This document shows, piece after piece, positions 1-11,507 of a DNA stretch of 33,616 nt. Position 1 is the first letter of the stretch; each line of letters starts with the position of its first letter. The stretch lies in NCBI GenBank assembly GCA_045837725.1, contig JBEWZL010000293.1:1-33616 (forward strand), given 5' to 3'. Source of the stretch: Vermamoeba vermiformis (lineage: Eukaryota). Both the position numbers and the translations under genes were made by a program. The notes beneath the pieces are model-generated. The model was given only the letters and a program-made list of their open reading frames with translations, had not been told where the DNA came from and did not search any database.

Positions 1-278
1 TGTTGCAAGAAGCTGCAGGCAATTGGAAATTGCACCAACATTTGGCCAAGTTGTTGAACGTCGATTGGACTGCACTCGAGTCGGCAAAACCGAAAGAAGT
101 TACCGACGATGCTTGGATGACGTTGGTTTGCATTGCTTATTTACACAATATTTGCAGCCAGCACAAGTCAGAATGGGAATTGATCGTGCAAAAGGCTGAA
201 AATTGGTTGAAAACTGTTGGTGCAAACAAATCTGAATGGAATCAACGAGCAAGACAGTTGATACAACAAAGTGTATGA
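1..278 (+). CDS. 3' end (last exon) of a VIT-VWA / VWA5A-like gene, truncated by the window start
   Basis: LQEAAGNW...WMTLVCIAYL...EWELIVQKAENWLK is the C-terminal helical region of VWA5A-like proteins and is paralogous to the ends of the genes at 7507-11178 and 23183-26842. Confidence 0.85.
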   Translation, partial: LQEAAGNWKLHQHLAKLLNVDWTALESAKPKEVTDDAWMTLVCIAYLHNICSQHKSEWELIVQKAENWLKTVGANKSEWNQRARQLIQQSV

Positions 279-364
279 AAGTAAACGTCCGGTATGTTGA
301 TTTTACCAAATAAGGCAATTTTATCGACCACTTCGCCACGTGACCAATTTCTCGTTCGTTGATC

Positions 365-447
365 GCATCGGTGCCCGAGTTGGTCTAAGGGGTTGGATTA
401 AGGCTCCAATATCTTCGGATGCAAGGGTTCGAATCCCTTCCGATGCA
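365..447 (+). tRNA. trnL-AAG: tRNA-Leu, anticodon AAG
   Basis: Acceptor stem GCATCGG/CCGATGC plus discriminator A; anticodon arm TTGGA-TTAAGGC-TCCAA; long variable arm; T arm AAGGG-TTCGAAT-CCCTT; T-run downstream. Confidence 0.96.
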
Positions 448-452
448 ATACC

Positions 453-457
453 TTTTT
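453..457 (+). terminator. Pol III T-run terminator of tRNA-Leu
   Basis: TTTTT 5 nt after the tRNA; a T6 run sits at the same place after the second copy (27017-27022). Confidence 0.65.
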
Positions 458-803
458 GCCCTCATTGCCTAGTGGTGGGCCGGGGGTTGCCAAGACGGCT
501 AGCTAAGTCACAAACAATTCCAGCGGGCAATCTTCGCCTTCAGCGTTTGCTCGCTTTTTGTTGGCCGTTATTATTTTACAATATTAATTATCACCGTAAC
601 AACAATGAACACATAACACTCGATATTAAATAGTAGAGAGACTTTCCCTTTTTAACTTCATACTTGGCTACCTAACTCAAGACAGGTTCGTGAAATCAAA
701 TCTGGCAATTAAATTAAAATCAAGTATTTTAATTAATTGGTACTTGCAACATTTTATGTGTAAATCTTTCATTATCGACTCATATTAATTTTAGGCAAAT
801 AAA

Positions 804-1454
804 ATGTCCAAAATCGATAATAAGGCAGAATATTATTTTGGAGCCAAACCGGTGCTAGAAAAAGGCGCTGATGAGGACGAATTCGACGGATCATTCACAG
901 ACCCCGTTGATTTAGAAAAATTAGAATTGATCCAAAGACTTAACTTGCCACCGTTTTGGGAACAAATCTGGATCGAGCTCGCAACGCTTCGTTGCGGAAT
1001 TGAAGTCAATGAAGGCTCAGGCACTATTATTCTAACCGATATATCGGAATTGGCTCGCGAGAAGAGCTTCCCGCAACAGCAGATTTGGTCCGAGAGCATT
1101 AATAGTGCAAGAAAAAAAGGTTGGGACTGGAGCGGCGACACTGATATATATGTTAAGACTCTTGATGGCCCTAAGAACCTCGCTGACGCCGTAATCTCGC
1201 TCATGATCTCGGAGCACTGCGGAGAATTCTGGATGGACCTAAGCACTATGGCCCACGCACCAAGTGAGCAATCAACGTACCAAAGCTGGTCAAGCTTTTG
1301 GAACGATGGTTGTAATTCATATGAGAACGATTTGCCTGCTTGGAAAGGCAGGCCAGAACGAGATGTGGTCCTGAAGAGCGACGGCAACACTAGAATCCAT
1401 TTGGCGCAAAAATCTGGTGGATCTTTTGTCACCGTATATTTTTATACCTCTTAG
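804..1454 (+). CDS. Intronless hypothetical protein, 216 aa, acidic and Trp-rich
   Basis: Uninterrupted ATG-TAG ORF in an AAAATG context with AT-rich flanks and higher GC inside; no family recognised. Confidence 0.75.
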   Translation: MSKIDNKAEYYFGAKPVLEKGADEDEFDGSFTDPVDLEKLELIQRLNLPPFWEQIWIELATLRCGIEVNEGSGTIILTDISELAREKSFPQQQIWSESINSARKKGWDWSGDTDIYVKTLDGPKNLADAVISLMISEHCGEFWMDLSTMAHAPSEQSTYQSWSSFWNDGCNSYENDLPAWKGRPERDVVLKSDGNTRIHLAQKSGGSFVTVYFYTS

Positions 1455-1590
1455 CGTCATGGATACTGCATCCTTTTTGTAAATAAATCGAATGGTGCTC
1501 GGTAGCCGGTCCGATCGCGTCAAAAACTGGTCAATTCAAATCCATAGATAGAACAAATCGTCTTTACTAAAACTATGCTATATTAGGATC

Positions 1591-2740
1591 TTATTTGCGG
1601 AAAAGAAGAGACAAAAAGTCGCTGGCGAAAGCGTTGGTGCAAGTCAACTTGGGGTTCACCTTGTTGGGAGGAGCCTAAGTACGAGAACCGTTAGAATAAG
1701 CGCGCAATAATTAAAATGTAGGGCACTTACGTAGATAGAGGGAGAGAAGGGACCCTTGACAGTATTGAAGAAGTTGAGTTGAAGATCTCCCAAGTACTCG
1801 ATCGATTCAACGTCGATTTGGACAATAGTAGTAGTCTTAGTAGACACCCAAATGGTAACGGGAGAAGAGACGCCAAAGACGGCAGCTAATTTTGAACGAT
1901 TAGAATTGCTTTTTAGAATATTCGCAGCGTGTCGGGTAGTCAGATCCGCGTTATAATCTTACCTTCAATCTCCCAGCCGGAGCATGATTGACCAGCGACG
2001 ACCTTGTTGCCGACAAAAGAAGCGTTGGAAGGCAATTGGAAGGGGAAGAAGATCAAAAGGGAGGCAGGGACAGAGCCTGAAAGTAACGGACTCACATTAG
2101 TTCATGAACGTCAAGATAAGGAACAAAGACAACTTCGTTCGAACTTTCCAATACACAAGAAAGCTTAACTAAATATCTAATATTAAGACTTACCGAAGTT
2201 CCAGCACAAAGGACCTTCGTACATGTAGCCTTTACGCGAGCAAGATTAGTTAATGAATTGTCGGAGTTTTCTTGATTAAGATTATGAATAATACCAGTAA
2301 CGGTGCCTTGACCAGCATCAGGAGAAGCAACGAGAGAGGTGTGGAAGGATAAAGGAACGTCTAAACAAAAGTGTCAAATCCGAAGCTGCAGATCCAAATC
2401 TGACACTTACACTATTCACCACCGACTTCCAAGAAAGAACCAGCGTTGATGTAATCCAAAGCAAAGAATCCCGAGACAAAGACAGGAGAATCAGTAGGAG
2501 AAACGTAACCAGGCAAGACAACTGTCAAAAATAGAAATCAATCGTTGATCTGAATATCTTTAATCGTTTATAGATATGACGAGCAAAAGTATATTTCATA
2601 TTTAAGGACAATTTTAATTATAAATTTTTAAACTTACGAGTGAAGTTGGTGTAGAATTGTTGAGGAAGTTTGGGCGGGGTTTGGCAGATGGCGGTGCCAA
2701 CGACGCAGAGAATAGCAGCGATGATAACAAGTGATCTCAT
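1591..2740 (-). CDS. Ependymin-related (EPDR-like) secreted protein, copy 1, 7 exons
   Basis: Signal peptide MRSLVIIAAILCVVGTAIC, then PPKLPQQFYTNF, GFFALDY, LCWNF, LPSNASFVGNKVVAGQSCSGW and FFNTVKGPFSPSIY..APP..C. This resembles the ependymin pattern as I recall it. Exon structure is shared with three paralogs. Confidence 0.75.
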
Positions 2741-3355
2741 GGTGGTTTTATAGTTAAACTAAACTAAAAAAAAGTGAAACCAAACAAGATTTTATGTCAC
2801 ATATTAATAAGTGGAAAGTTCTGACGAAGAGTTTTTGGCGTCGCTGGTCTCATTTAAGTTGCTTCACGTCACTTCATAAAGCACAAGGTCTTGTGTCATG
2901 ATTTAATATTTCACATCAAATATGATGCCTTGCAAGGCCAACAAAGAGCGGATTGGATTTGATCTCAAAATCGTAAGCACTTGTCTTTAAAGACATCGTT
3001 TAAAATTACTACCCTTAATCTGAATTTTCGCGGTTCATGTGACATTTTCAACCTTCGTGGTGCTCTTAGTCCTGACAAAATGTTACCGTTTCTTTAATTG
3101 TTAGTTCGCTAAATAACAACACGTTTCCTCGTGCAAGCAGAATATTTGCGTTTATGAGCTTGTATTTTGTTTGTATTTAAAGCTTGACGACCAACCAAGC
3201 ACAACGTTTATTTTTTATGCTGAAATATTCATAATTGTTGCGCAATATCGTTAAGATAGACGAATAAGGTACGTACCGAGAGATTTTTGGGCCCTGTGTT
3301 ACTACTAAAATATTTTAAATTAATAAAAATAAATAAAATAACTATTTTTTGCAGC

Positions 3356-4135
3356 ATGGAGCAGCTGGAAGGTCTTGTAGCCCAATACATTAGCTATTTG
3401 ATGCATTCGAATTATGATTGCTCGGAAATTAAAGCGCGGATTGAAGCAGCAGAATCAGTGGTGGATCGAGCAGTTCAATGCATTGTAGAATACCTTCGCT
3501 ATCACCCTGCTAGTACGCAATGCATAAAACTCTTTCCTGCTTTTATGAGCGTACCAGAAGTAGTCGATGCGTTAAAAGCTTGGCGTAACGAACACAACCA
3601 AACGATTGCAGATCTGCCCGCCGATGTTCTGTTTTATAAGTAAGCCTTTTCTAGCGTATTCCGCTTATTATCAACTATATTAATCATTAACTTGTTTAGG
3701 GACGTCATTCGGATAATAGACCCGGATAAATCTCAAAAACATTTCAAAGACTACTTTTTTCAACCAACATACGGCCGACCAACTGACTCATATTCAATTT
3801 CATCCCTCTTGGACCTCGATCAAGAAGATAAATTGAAAATCGAGGAAATTTGGAAAGAAATCAACAAAGAAAGCTACTACGCGTTCTCAAGAGACCGTGT
3901 CATTTGTGAAATGTGGTTAAGGGCAGCAAAGAAATATCCAGCAAGGTAAGCTCACCAAAAACTTTTTTTTAAAATTGTATTACGTCATTTCGTACAAGAA
4001 TGTATGCGGCGTTCAAATTGCAACGGATCCGATTCAACGCGAAGTATCAAATCTCGCGCAATCTCCCGCCCTACCTACGTCATTTAGCTCATTGTATTTC
4101 ATCACTTCATAATACACTCGGGGATTGCATACTAA
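3356..4135 (+). CDS. Hypothetical multi-exon protein with an F-box-like motif; 3' structure uncertain
   Basis: ATG at 3356; GT-AG introns at ~3640-3699 and from ~3946; TIADLPADVLFYKDVIRII resembles an F-box start. The gene may instead splice onward to the ORF at ~4283-4551. Confidence 0.5.
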
Positions 4136-4282
4136 CTTCCATATATGGAAGCCTTAGGTGACTTTCATACGGAGCTGTGGGTTGAGATATGGGGGTTCGC
4201 GTACCGAAAATTTTTAAGCTGCCGTTTTTTTTCTTTGGTTCTACACTGCGCGCGTGAATTAATACTAATAAATTGTATTACA

Positions 4283-4551
4283 GTAATGATGTTGAAATAG
4301 CGACGCAGATTATGATCAAAGAGCTCGACAAAAGATATCCCGACATTCATCCGATCGTGTACGATCTGTTAGAGACATTTCCAAATATGGATGTGAAGAC
4401 TATAGTATCTACTGTTAAGAATTGGCCGAATCCTTTTGCAAATTTAACGCGTAAATTTATTCGAAAAGATACAATTCCGAGCTGGCTCTTCAAAGGAATA
4501 TTAGGATTGCCCACTGTTGATGGTATGCCTATTAATCGATATTATATATAA
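4283..4551 (+). CDS. Probable terminal exon of an upstream gene (hypothetical protein)
   Basis: Open frame preceded by a branch-like CTAAT and a TTACAG acceptor; protein-like composition. The upstream partner exon is unresolved. Confidence 0.4.
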
Positions 4552-4566
4552 AATTGATAATAACGT

Positions 4567-6085
4567 ATGAATACAGATTGCAATTATCGCTGGATCCGAA
4601 AACAAGAAGCGAAGGAAAAAGACGTCACAACCGCATCATCGACCAACGAAGGAGCATCAAATTTTGATTTGAAAACTTTACCTAATGACGTCGTACACTA
4701 CATAATAGGGAATAATAATGAATGGATCCGAAACCAATTAGCGAAACAAAAAGAAACCACATCCGCGTTCAAGTTTGACTTGCAAGCCTTGCCTGAAGAC
4801 CTCATATACTACATAATACCTCATTTGCACTACGAACAAGTAATAATGCTATCCTTGACCAATAAGCGGTTCTACAAGTTGGTCAACGAAGGTCAACATG
4901 TTTGGAGACAAACCTCGAAGAGATATTTTACGAGTATATCGGTTACTACTGCAGCAGACTTCTATAAACAATATAGGTATGTTTATATTTATGAGTATAA
5001 TTGACGTTTAATTGATTCCGCTGGATGTAGATCCAAGTTTGAAACTGGAAAATTACTCCACCAGTATATCATTCCTATTGGAGGGAGTCCGGCATCGATA
5101 GAACTTAATGGAGACAAAATAATATTGACTCAACCATCGACGATAGAAATACTCGAAGCTCATTGCTTGGACAAGCCGCGGATGCAGAATCGTTTTCGCA
5201 AGAAATTTCGTGTCTTTCCCGTTGAAAGGGCAATGAACCGAACTGCTCGATTATATAATAATAAGATATTTACTCATGCGATGCATGGTGTTAATGAATA
5301 TTCAATATCGGTCATCAATGCAGAAACTGGATCTCTAGAAAGCGTGGCTCCATGTTCGCTTAATCTAATGGACGATTATTTATACTTTACTATTGATAAC
5401 AAGTCATTATTAGGAAGGGGTAAGTTTTTAATTAAGAACCGAAGCATTGCTAATTTTTTTTCAGGCTTTTCGATGGATCTTACAACACAACAAATCACCC
5501 AGATTGATTGGACAGCAGAACTATACAAATGGGTTATAAGTGACGATATATTATATGGATTGCAGAGAGTTAACTATTTGGAAGCCAATGAGTTGAAGCT
5601 ATTTGATCGAAGAACTTCCGAGAAAATTGTCGACGAATTGCCCTGCAATGACTTAAGATGTTTTAATGTCAAAGACAACGATATTTATACCGTTTCATCG
5701 CAAATTCTGCAATGGGACAAACGGTATTTATATCAACCGGTCAGAAAATCAATATCGATCCCTACTATCAATCAATATCTAATAAGAACGAGGTATGCAG
5801 TGCCTTTACTTATAGTAACATAACTAGTACTAATTTTTATATAGACTAAAGGTGAGCCAGCTATAGATTTGACAGCAATGAGAGTCATGGGACCAGATTT
5901 GGGATCTGACCGATTTTACTTGGGAGCTTGCCCAACTGCCTAGAGAAAAGTGCTATATAACTACTAATGGTATATTAGTCGCTTATTCAGTCGACGGAGC
6001 AATTAATGTTCGACAGAGCACGTGTACAGAGAGTCTGTCGAACACAATTTCAACTAGCCCAGAATTACGATGTAATGTTTTCTAG
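4567..6085 (+). CDS. F-box protein with a beta-rich (propeller-like) C-terminal part; last exon unresolved
   Basis: LQALPEDLIYYIIPHLHYEQVIMLSLTNKRFYKLV..VW is a clear F-box. Introns at ~4977-5030 and 5420-5464 keep the frame. After the intron at ~5793-5844 the frame stops at 5866, while another frame stays open to 6085. Confidence 0.7.
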
Positions 6086-6307
6086 CGCATCAAAATAGAT
6101 TTTCATAAGTGTAATTAAAATTAGCGGTCTCGGAGAACGTGGCTGGTTACGCTTACAGTTTAATTCATGAGTTAGACTTTTCGTTTTGGCGCAAAGCAGT
6201 ACACCACAACACGGTTATTTATCTTTAGTAACTTTTGTTTCATATTTGTGTATAAACAAGATTTCATAAGTAGGATTGTTAGCTCAAAGTAACTTGGGTT
6301 AGCACAG

Positions 6308-7397
6308 ATGCAGCAAGCGGCGATCGAGCAAAGTTACGGTTATTTTCCCTACGAAATTTTGGAAATAATTACAAAATATGCAAATGCACGATCTAAATCG
6401 GTACTATTGCAAACAGCAAAACTGTTCGCTCGAATAATGGATGAGGAAACTTGGAAAATATTTTATCTCCTTAGATGGCATTGGAAAAATCTATTCACGG
6501 ACAGGAATAATTATAGCGACGAGGGTAAGTTTATTTTAGGCATTAAATAACAATTTGGACCAAAATTTTAGATTTAATTCGTGAGATCGAGCAACATTTG
6601 AGCGTTCGTCCTAACGACTACGTGGAGGCACAATTTTACGACAAAAATGCTTGGAAAAATAGGTACAAATATAGAGCGCAATTAGAACTCGCTGGAGGGC
6701 CACTGGAGATGGATCTTGGCATGGACGTGCCGGATTTGTACGAAATTAATGCGAACTCGTTAGCTCTTTATAACATTGGAAATATGGAAAATATTCAATA
6801 CAGCAATCTTTCAAAAGTTGACGCACATGTCGAGCGAGAGTACAGAGGAGATGAGCATCTATTCAAATCTGATTACACAGAACGGATTGAAGCTAATTGC
6901 ACCGCACACCATGCCATAGTTATTGGTCACACAGGTGCTCCAGTACGAGTACGTGTCGAAATAAGGAACAGAGAGTCTCCGCAATGTAACAAAAAACAAC
7001 AAGTTCATTGTAACCTACGATTGCTAGCGTACAACAACGCAAGCCGAAAATGGGACGTAAGTACAAAATATAGGTCGGAAATAGTAGTAGAATTTCGAAG
7101 ATGATTTAAGCACATAGAACTAATATTTTGTTGCAGATCATCTCGGCTCAGTATTCCAGCCAGTTTATCGCAGAAGATATTCTTTATTATTATCGGCCTT
7201 ATTGCAAAATATTTTGTGATGCACTGATTCTCGAGGACGTGCTGGTGCCAGGCAAGAAGGAATCAAAAGATGAAAAATATATTATCGTCGATGTGTTCCA
7301 GTTGATTACGGCAGCTGTAGGGGCATTAGTTTATGATAGGCACTACAATGTAGATGCATATTTCACTCTTGATTCAGTCATGCTCGAGGACGACTGA
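6308..7397 (+). CDS. F-box-like protein, 3 exons
   Basis: FPYEILEIITKY...VLLQTAKLFARIMDEETWK is F-box-like. Introns at ~6525-6571 and ~7057-7136 join three ORF pieces in frame. Confidence 0.7.
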
Positions 7398-7506
7398 TTG
7401 GCAGATCTGCGGCGACGAATAAGAAGCACTTCTTCAGGACTACTTCTGTTTAAATTGGAAATAAATGCGTGCACGCATGGTTCACTAACGTTGACTGAAC
7501 AGCAGC

Positions 7507-10500
7507 ATGTCCCAAGGGTGTATTGACATCAAGAGTGGGCAGTTGTGCCCATTAGTTTCGCTGCACATCCGATCACTTTTTGTTGACCGCTTTGGTAAAT
7601 CCGAAAATTATATTATTAGTGTAGTTAATAATATAATTAACGTGATGTTTAATGGTAGGCTCAATTGAAGTCGTTCAAGAATACGAAAATTCTGGTGCAG
7701 CGCCGATAGAAGCAGTATTCACGTTTCCAAAAGACGATCAAGCAGCAATAACAGGATTCAAAGTGAAAATAAATGACAAAACATTGATTGGTCAAATCGA
7801 ATCGAGTGATGAAGAACAAGAGAAATACAGTGATGCGATTGCAGAAGGCAAAGGAGCATACTTACTCTCACAAAAACGCTCAGATATCGTCACACTTTAT
7901 ATTGGTAAGTTATAGTGAGCAATTAATTGCGGAAATTAAGATTCAGTGCTAAATCCATACAAATGATAATTTTTTAAAACTTTGACGGAAGCTAAAGTTA
8001 TTCTAATAATTCAATATCAGTAGTATTTATTAACGTTAATATTACGCACATTATTTCAAAATTATTAGTTGGCTCTGAACAAACATTGGATCGGGATCTT
8101 ACCATATTTGTACACAGGCAGCCTTTTACCAAAACAGAAGGTTCAAGTTGAGATCACCTGCGCTGCAGAAGCACAATGGGAAGGAGATTCGCTTCGAATT
8201 ACATTTCCAACGACCATTGCATCTCGTTACACGCCCGAGCAATTTCAACGAGACGAAGAACACCAGATCAACCCTGCTTATCATTCAAACGATAACACAT
8301 TGCCTTATGACTTCGAATTTGAGTCATTGGTGCAATTGACCCACGATAAGATCTCATTGTTTGAATCCCAACGCACAAATTTTCCGAGATCGACATCTCG
8401 CCAGATGGCACCGAAGTGAACGCGAGAGTGAAGGCAACGAAGGGAGATATCGTGTCTGATAGAGATATAGTGCTTATTGTCAATACGAAGGATAACTCGT
8501 TACAAAAAAGGCCAGTTATGATCGATGAAGTTGATGAGGACGGACACCACGCACTTTACCTCTCATTCATTCCAAAAATATTATGCAACGAAATTTCCAA
8601 GAACATAATGCACGAGATTGTATTTTTGATTGATAGGTAAGATTTCAGTTCTTATCTTAAGAAAGAAAAATTTTGATCTAATCTTGACTTCTCTTTAGGA
8701 GCGGAAGTATGGACGGTCAGCAAATGGTTTGTGCCAAAGAAGCTTTGCAACTATTTCTGCGATCATTGCCATCGTGTTATTTCGATATTGTAAGCTTCGG
8801 AAGCAATTACAGCCAATTGTTCGGAAATCCAACGCTCTATTCCAACGAGTCCTTATCAAAAGCCACGAAAGAAGTGAACAAATTTTCTGCCGATTTAGGT
8901 ACGTACATATCGCTAGGGTTAGGGTTTAGAATACTAAATTTGTTAGGTGGTACCGAGATCCTCGCGCCATTAAAGAAGATCTACTCGCGAACACCCACAA
9001 GAGGCAAACGAATAATATTCATATTAACAGGTATGTTATAATATTAAATAATAATAGTACGTTATTAATTAATACTGGCGTTCAGATGGCCAAGTCTCGA
9101 ACACGAGACAAGTGGTAGATCTAGTCAAACAGAATTCGGCTACAACTTCAGTATACGCATTGGGAATAGGTATCTCTGTTAGTAGAGACCTAGTCAATGG
9201 AGTATCGCAGGCTGGTAATGGCTACGCTGAGTATGCTACAGCGAACGAGCGATTACAACCTAAGATCATGTCATTTTTGACACTTTGCCACTTCATCATC
9301 GAATTTCTGCCGTTAGACATTTAAATCAGTCATTTGCCTAACACAATGATATTTCAATATTCTATATCATGATATCGGATTATTGAATTGGCTAAAGTAT
9401 TGACCATTCTGTACGATCAGTTGAAACGAGCGCTTGAGAATTTCTCGGTTCAGATTGATTGGCACTCAAACAAAATTGAACAATTTCCCGAACATATTTC
9501 TCCGATCACTGATGAAGACCCTTTGCACGTGATGGCGTTCGTTGATGACGCGTACCTTCAAAAGTAAGGATCATGACAAAAACACGCATTGTTTCTTAGT
9601 ACTGACGATATAACCTTATTACTAGGAATAAGAGCATAGAGATTAAAATAACGAGCAACAATACCCAAGAATATTCGATCGCGTTTGACTTATCACAAAT
9701 GAAGACAGTTCGGGGCAACAGAATTCATCAATTATTTGCGAAGAAGAAAACGGATGCGATGGCATCTGCGGACAAGAATCAAATTCGCAATCTGCAAATA
9801 TTGTGCAAGAAGTACAATGTACTGTCAAGTGTCACAAGTTTCGTTCTTGTGGAACCCCGAAAAGAAGCTGCAGCGACCAGTCCTGAACTTGTTAATGTTC
9901 CGCTTGCCAGGCCCAAGCCTCCACCAAGAACAGCGCAGACATTGGTGACGAACGGCACCGTGTCATTTGGCGGAAAGTTTTCGAACAGTTACAAAGCCAC
10001 TATTGGTGCAGATTTTGAAATGTGCAGAGTCTTAGTGAATAATCGCGAGATCAAAGTGCAACTTTGGGATCTTGGTAAGTTCGGTTCGTTCATGAAAGAA
10101 ATTTTCACTGAAACTAAAACCTTTTTTTTTCAGCTGGAGCAGAACGATTTGGGCACCATTTATCAAGGGCATTTGCTTCAGGTACTTCAGCAGTCTTATT
10201 AATGTACAGCGTGGCTTCTCGGTCTTCATTCGATAATGTGAAGACCTGGATGGACTCTTTGACTGAACAGATCGACTCCGATATTCCGGTGGTACTAGCA
10301 GGCAATAAGATTGATTGTGAAGGAGAAGTGTCAACGAAGGAAGGACAAGAATTGGCTGCTTCATTAGGCATTCCTTTCTTCGAAATTTCAGTGAAAGATA
10401 CAACGAACTTGGGTGACTTGGCCAAACTACTCTTCGTTAACATGATATTCAAACGACCTAACAGTGCTTTGCATAAAGGTAGGCCGGCACCTATTATATA

Positions 10501-11178
10501 TTATAGATACTAACGCACGTAACAGTTATTATTCTCGGAGACAGTGGTGTCGGAAAGACAAGTTTCAACAGACGAATGGTCGGATCCACAATTGACTTGG
10601 GCGAGTGCAATTTACCAATATCGACAATAAGCTCACAAAGTACCATTACGAATCAACCTCAAAACAATACTTCGGTACTTGGCAAAGTATGGCAAGGTTT
10701 CAAGAGCGTGGTTGGATACTTTAGCAAATCCGGATCTGGATCGGCAGTGCCAAACACTCCTCGTATCACGAGCCAACAGATACAACAATATAAGCCACAA
10801 GTTTCAAATCAAATAATAAGTGATATCATTTTGGCACAAAACGCCGAAGGCGCATTCATAATCGATGCAGCTCAATCTAATCAATTCTTTGGTGGCAATT
10901 ATACGGCTCAAATACCACAAGGAGCCACGCTGAATGTTTGGATGACCATCTTTTGCGTGACGTACTTGACGGTCAAGTGCGGTCAACACAAGTCAGAATG
11001 GGAACTCATCGTTCAAAAAGCTGAAAAATGGTTGAAGAGCGTTGGCGGCAATAAGCCTGAATGGAATCAACGTGCACGACAACTCTTTGCGGTACAATGT
11101 GATCCAGCCTGCTCACGATCGCTCGATATCCACGTTGAAGTAGCCAGGTATGAAATTCAAGACTGTGAGCTTACATAA
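7507..11178 (+). pseudogene. VIT-VWA (VWA5A-like) gene with an embedded circularly permuted Rab7-like GTPase, copy 1; disrupted as sequenced
   Basis: VIT (QEYEN..PIEAVFTFP), MIDAS DR|SGS, GGT and FILTDG, then GTPase motifs and the C-terminal helical domain. Relative to copy 2 it has a 1-nt frameshift at 8367-8369 and a 15-nt deletion removing a splice donor at ~9269. Confidence 0.65.
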
Positions 11179-11507
11179 AATTTAATTTGTTACATGTCAG
11201 CGGAATAATGTAGACTACTATCACGCACTTTGCTTCACGTCTGAAACAACTATTCTTAGTTCCCCAGCAATTTATGTGCGTAGATGGCGGGCTTTAAATA
11301 ATGGTGGCAAAAAGCATCATTAAGTCAGTGATCAGGTGTGTTTCAGCTCGGATCAGAGTTGTAAAATGGAGTTTACAATAGACGTTCAATAACTTAACTG
11401 GTTATTGCTCGGTTTAAGTAATGCCGTCTTGGTGAATCAGCAAATATATTTTTGTTTTGCGTGAGCGGTTGTAAGTTCTAACTTTACGTTAAGAAAGACC
11501 ACAGCTC

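Noticed and set aside
340-633. 97-aa ORF, and the minus-strand ORF at 26885-27085
   Set aside because: Both overlap tRNA-Leu; chance open frames.
833-1432. 199-aa antisense ORF
   Set aside because: Shadow of 804-1454; Ser-rich with no motif.
5845-6085. Stop-codon recoding or programmed frameshift in the F-box gene's last exon
   Set aside because: All three stop codons end genes normally elsewhere in the window; an indel error, decay or unresolved splicing is simpler.
8913-8929. TAGGGTTAGGGTTTAG telomere-like sequence in an intron
   Set aside because: Only about two units; compatible with chance.
9975-10513. Stand-alone canonical Rab gene
   Set aside because: It is in frame with the VWA exons, has no upstream P-loop and no prenylation motif; it is an embedded permuted domain.
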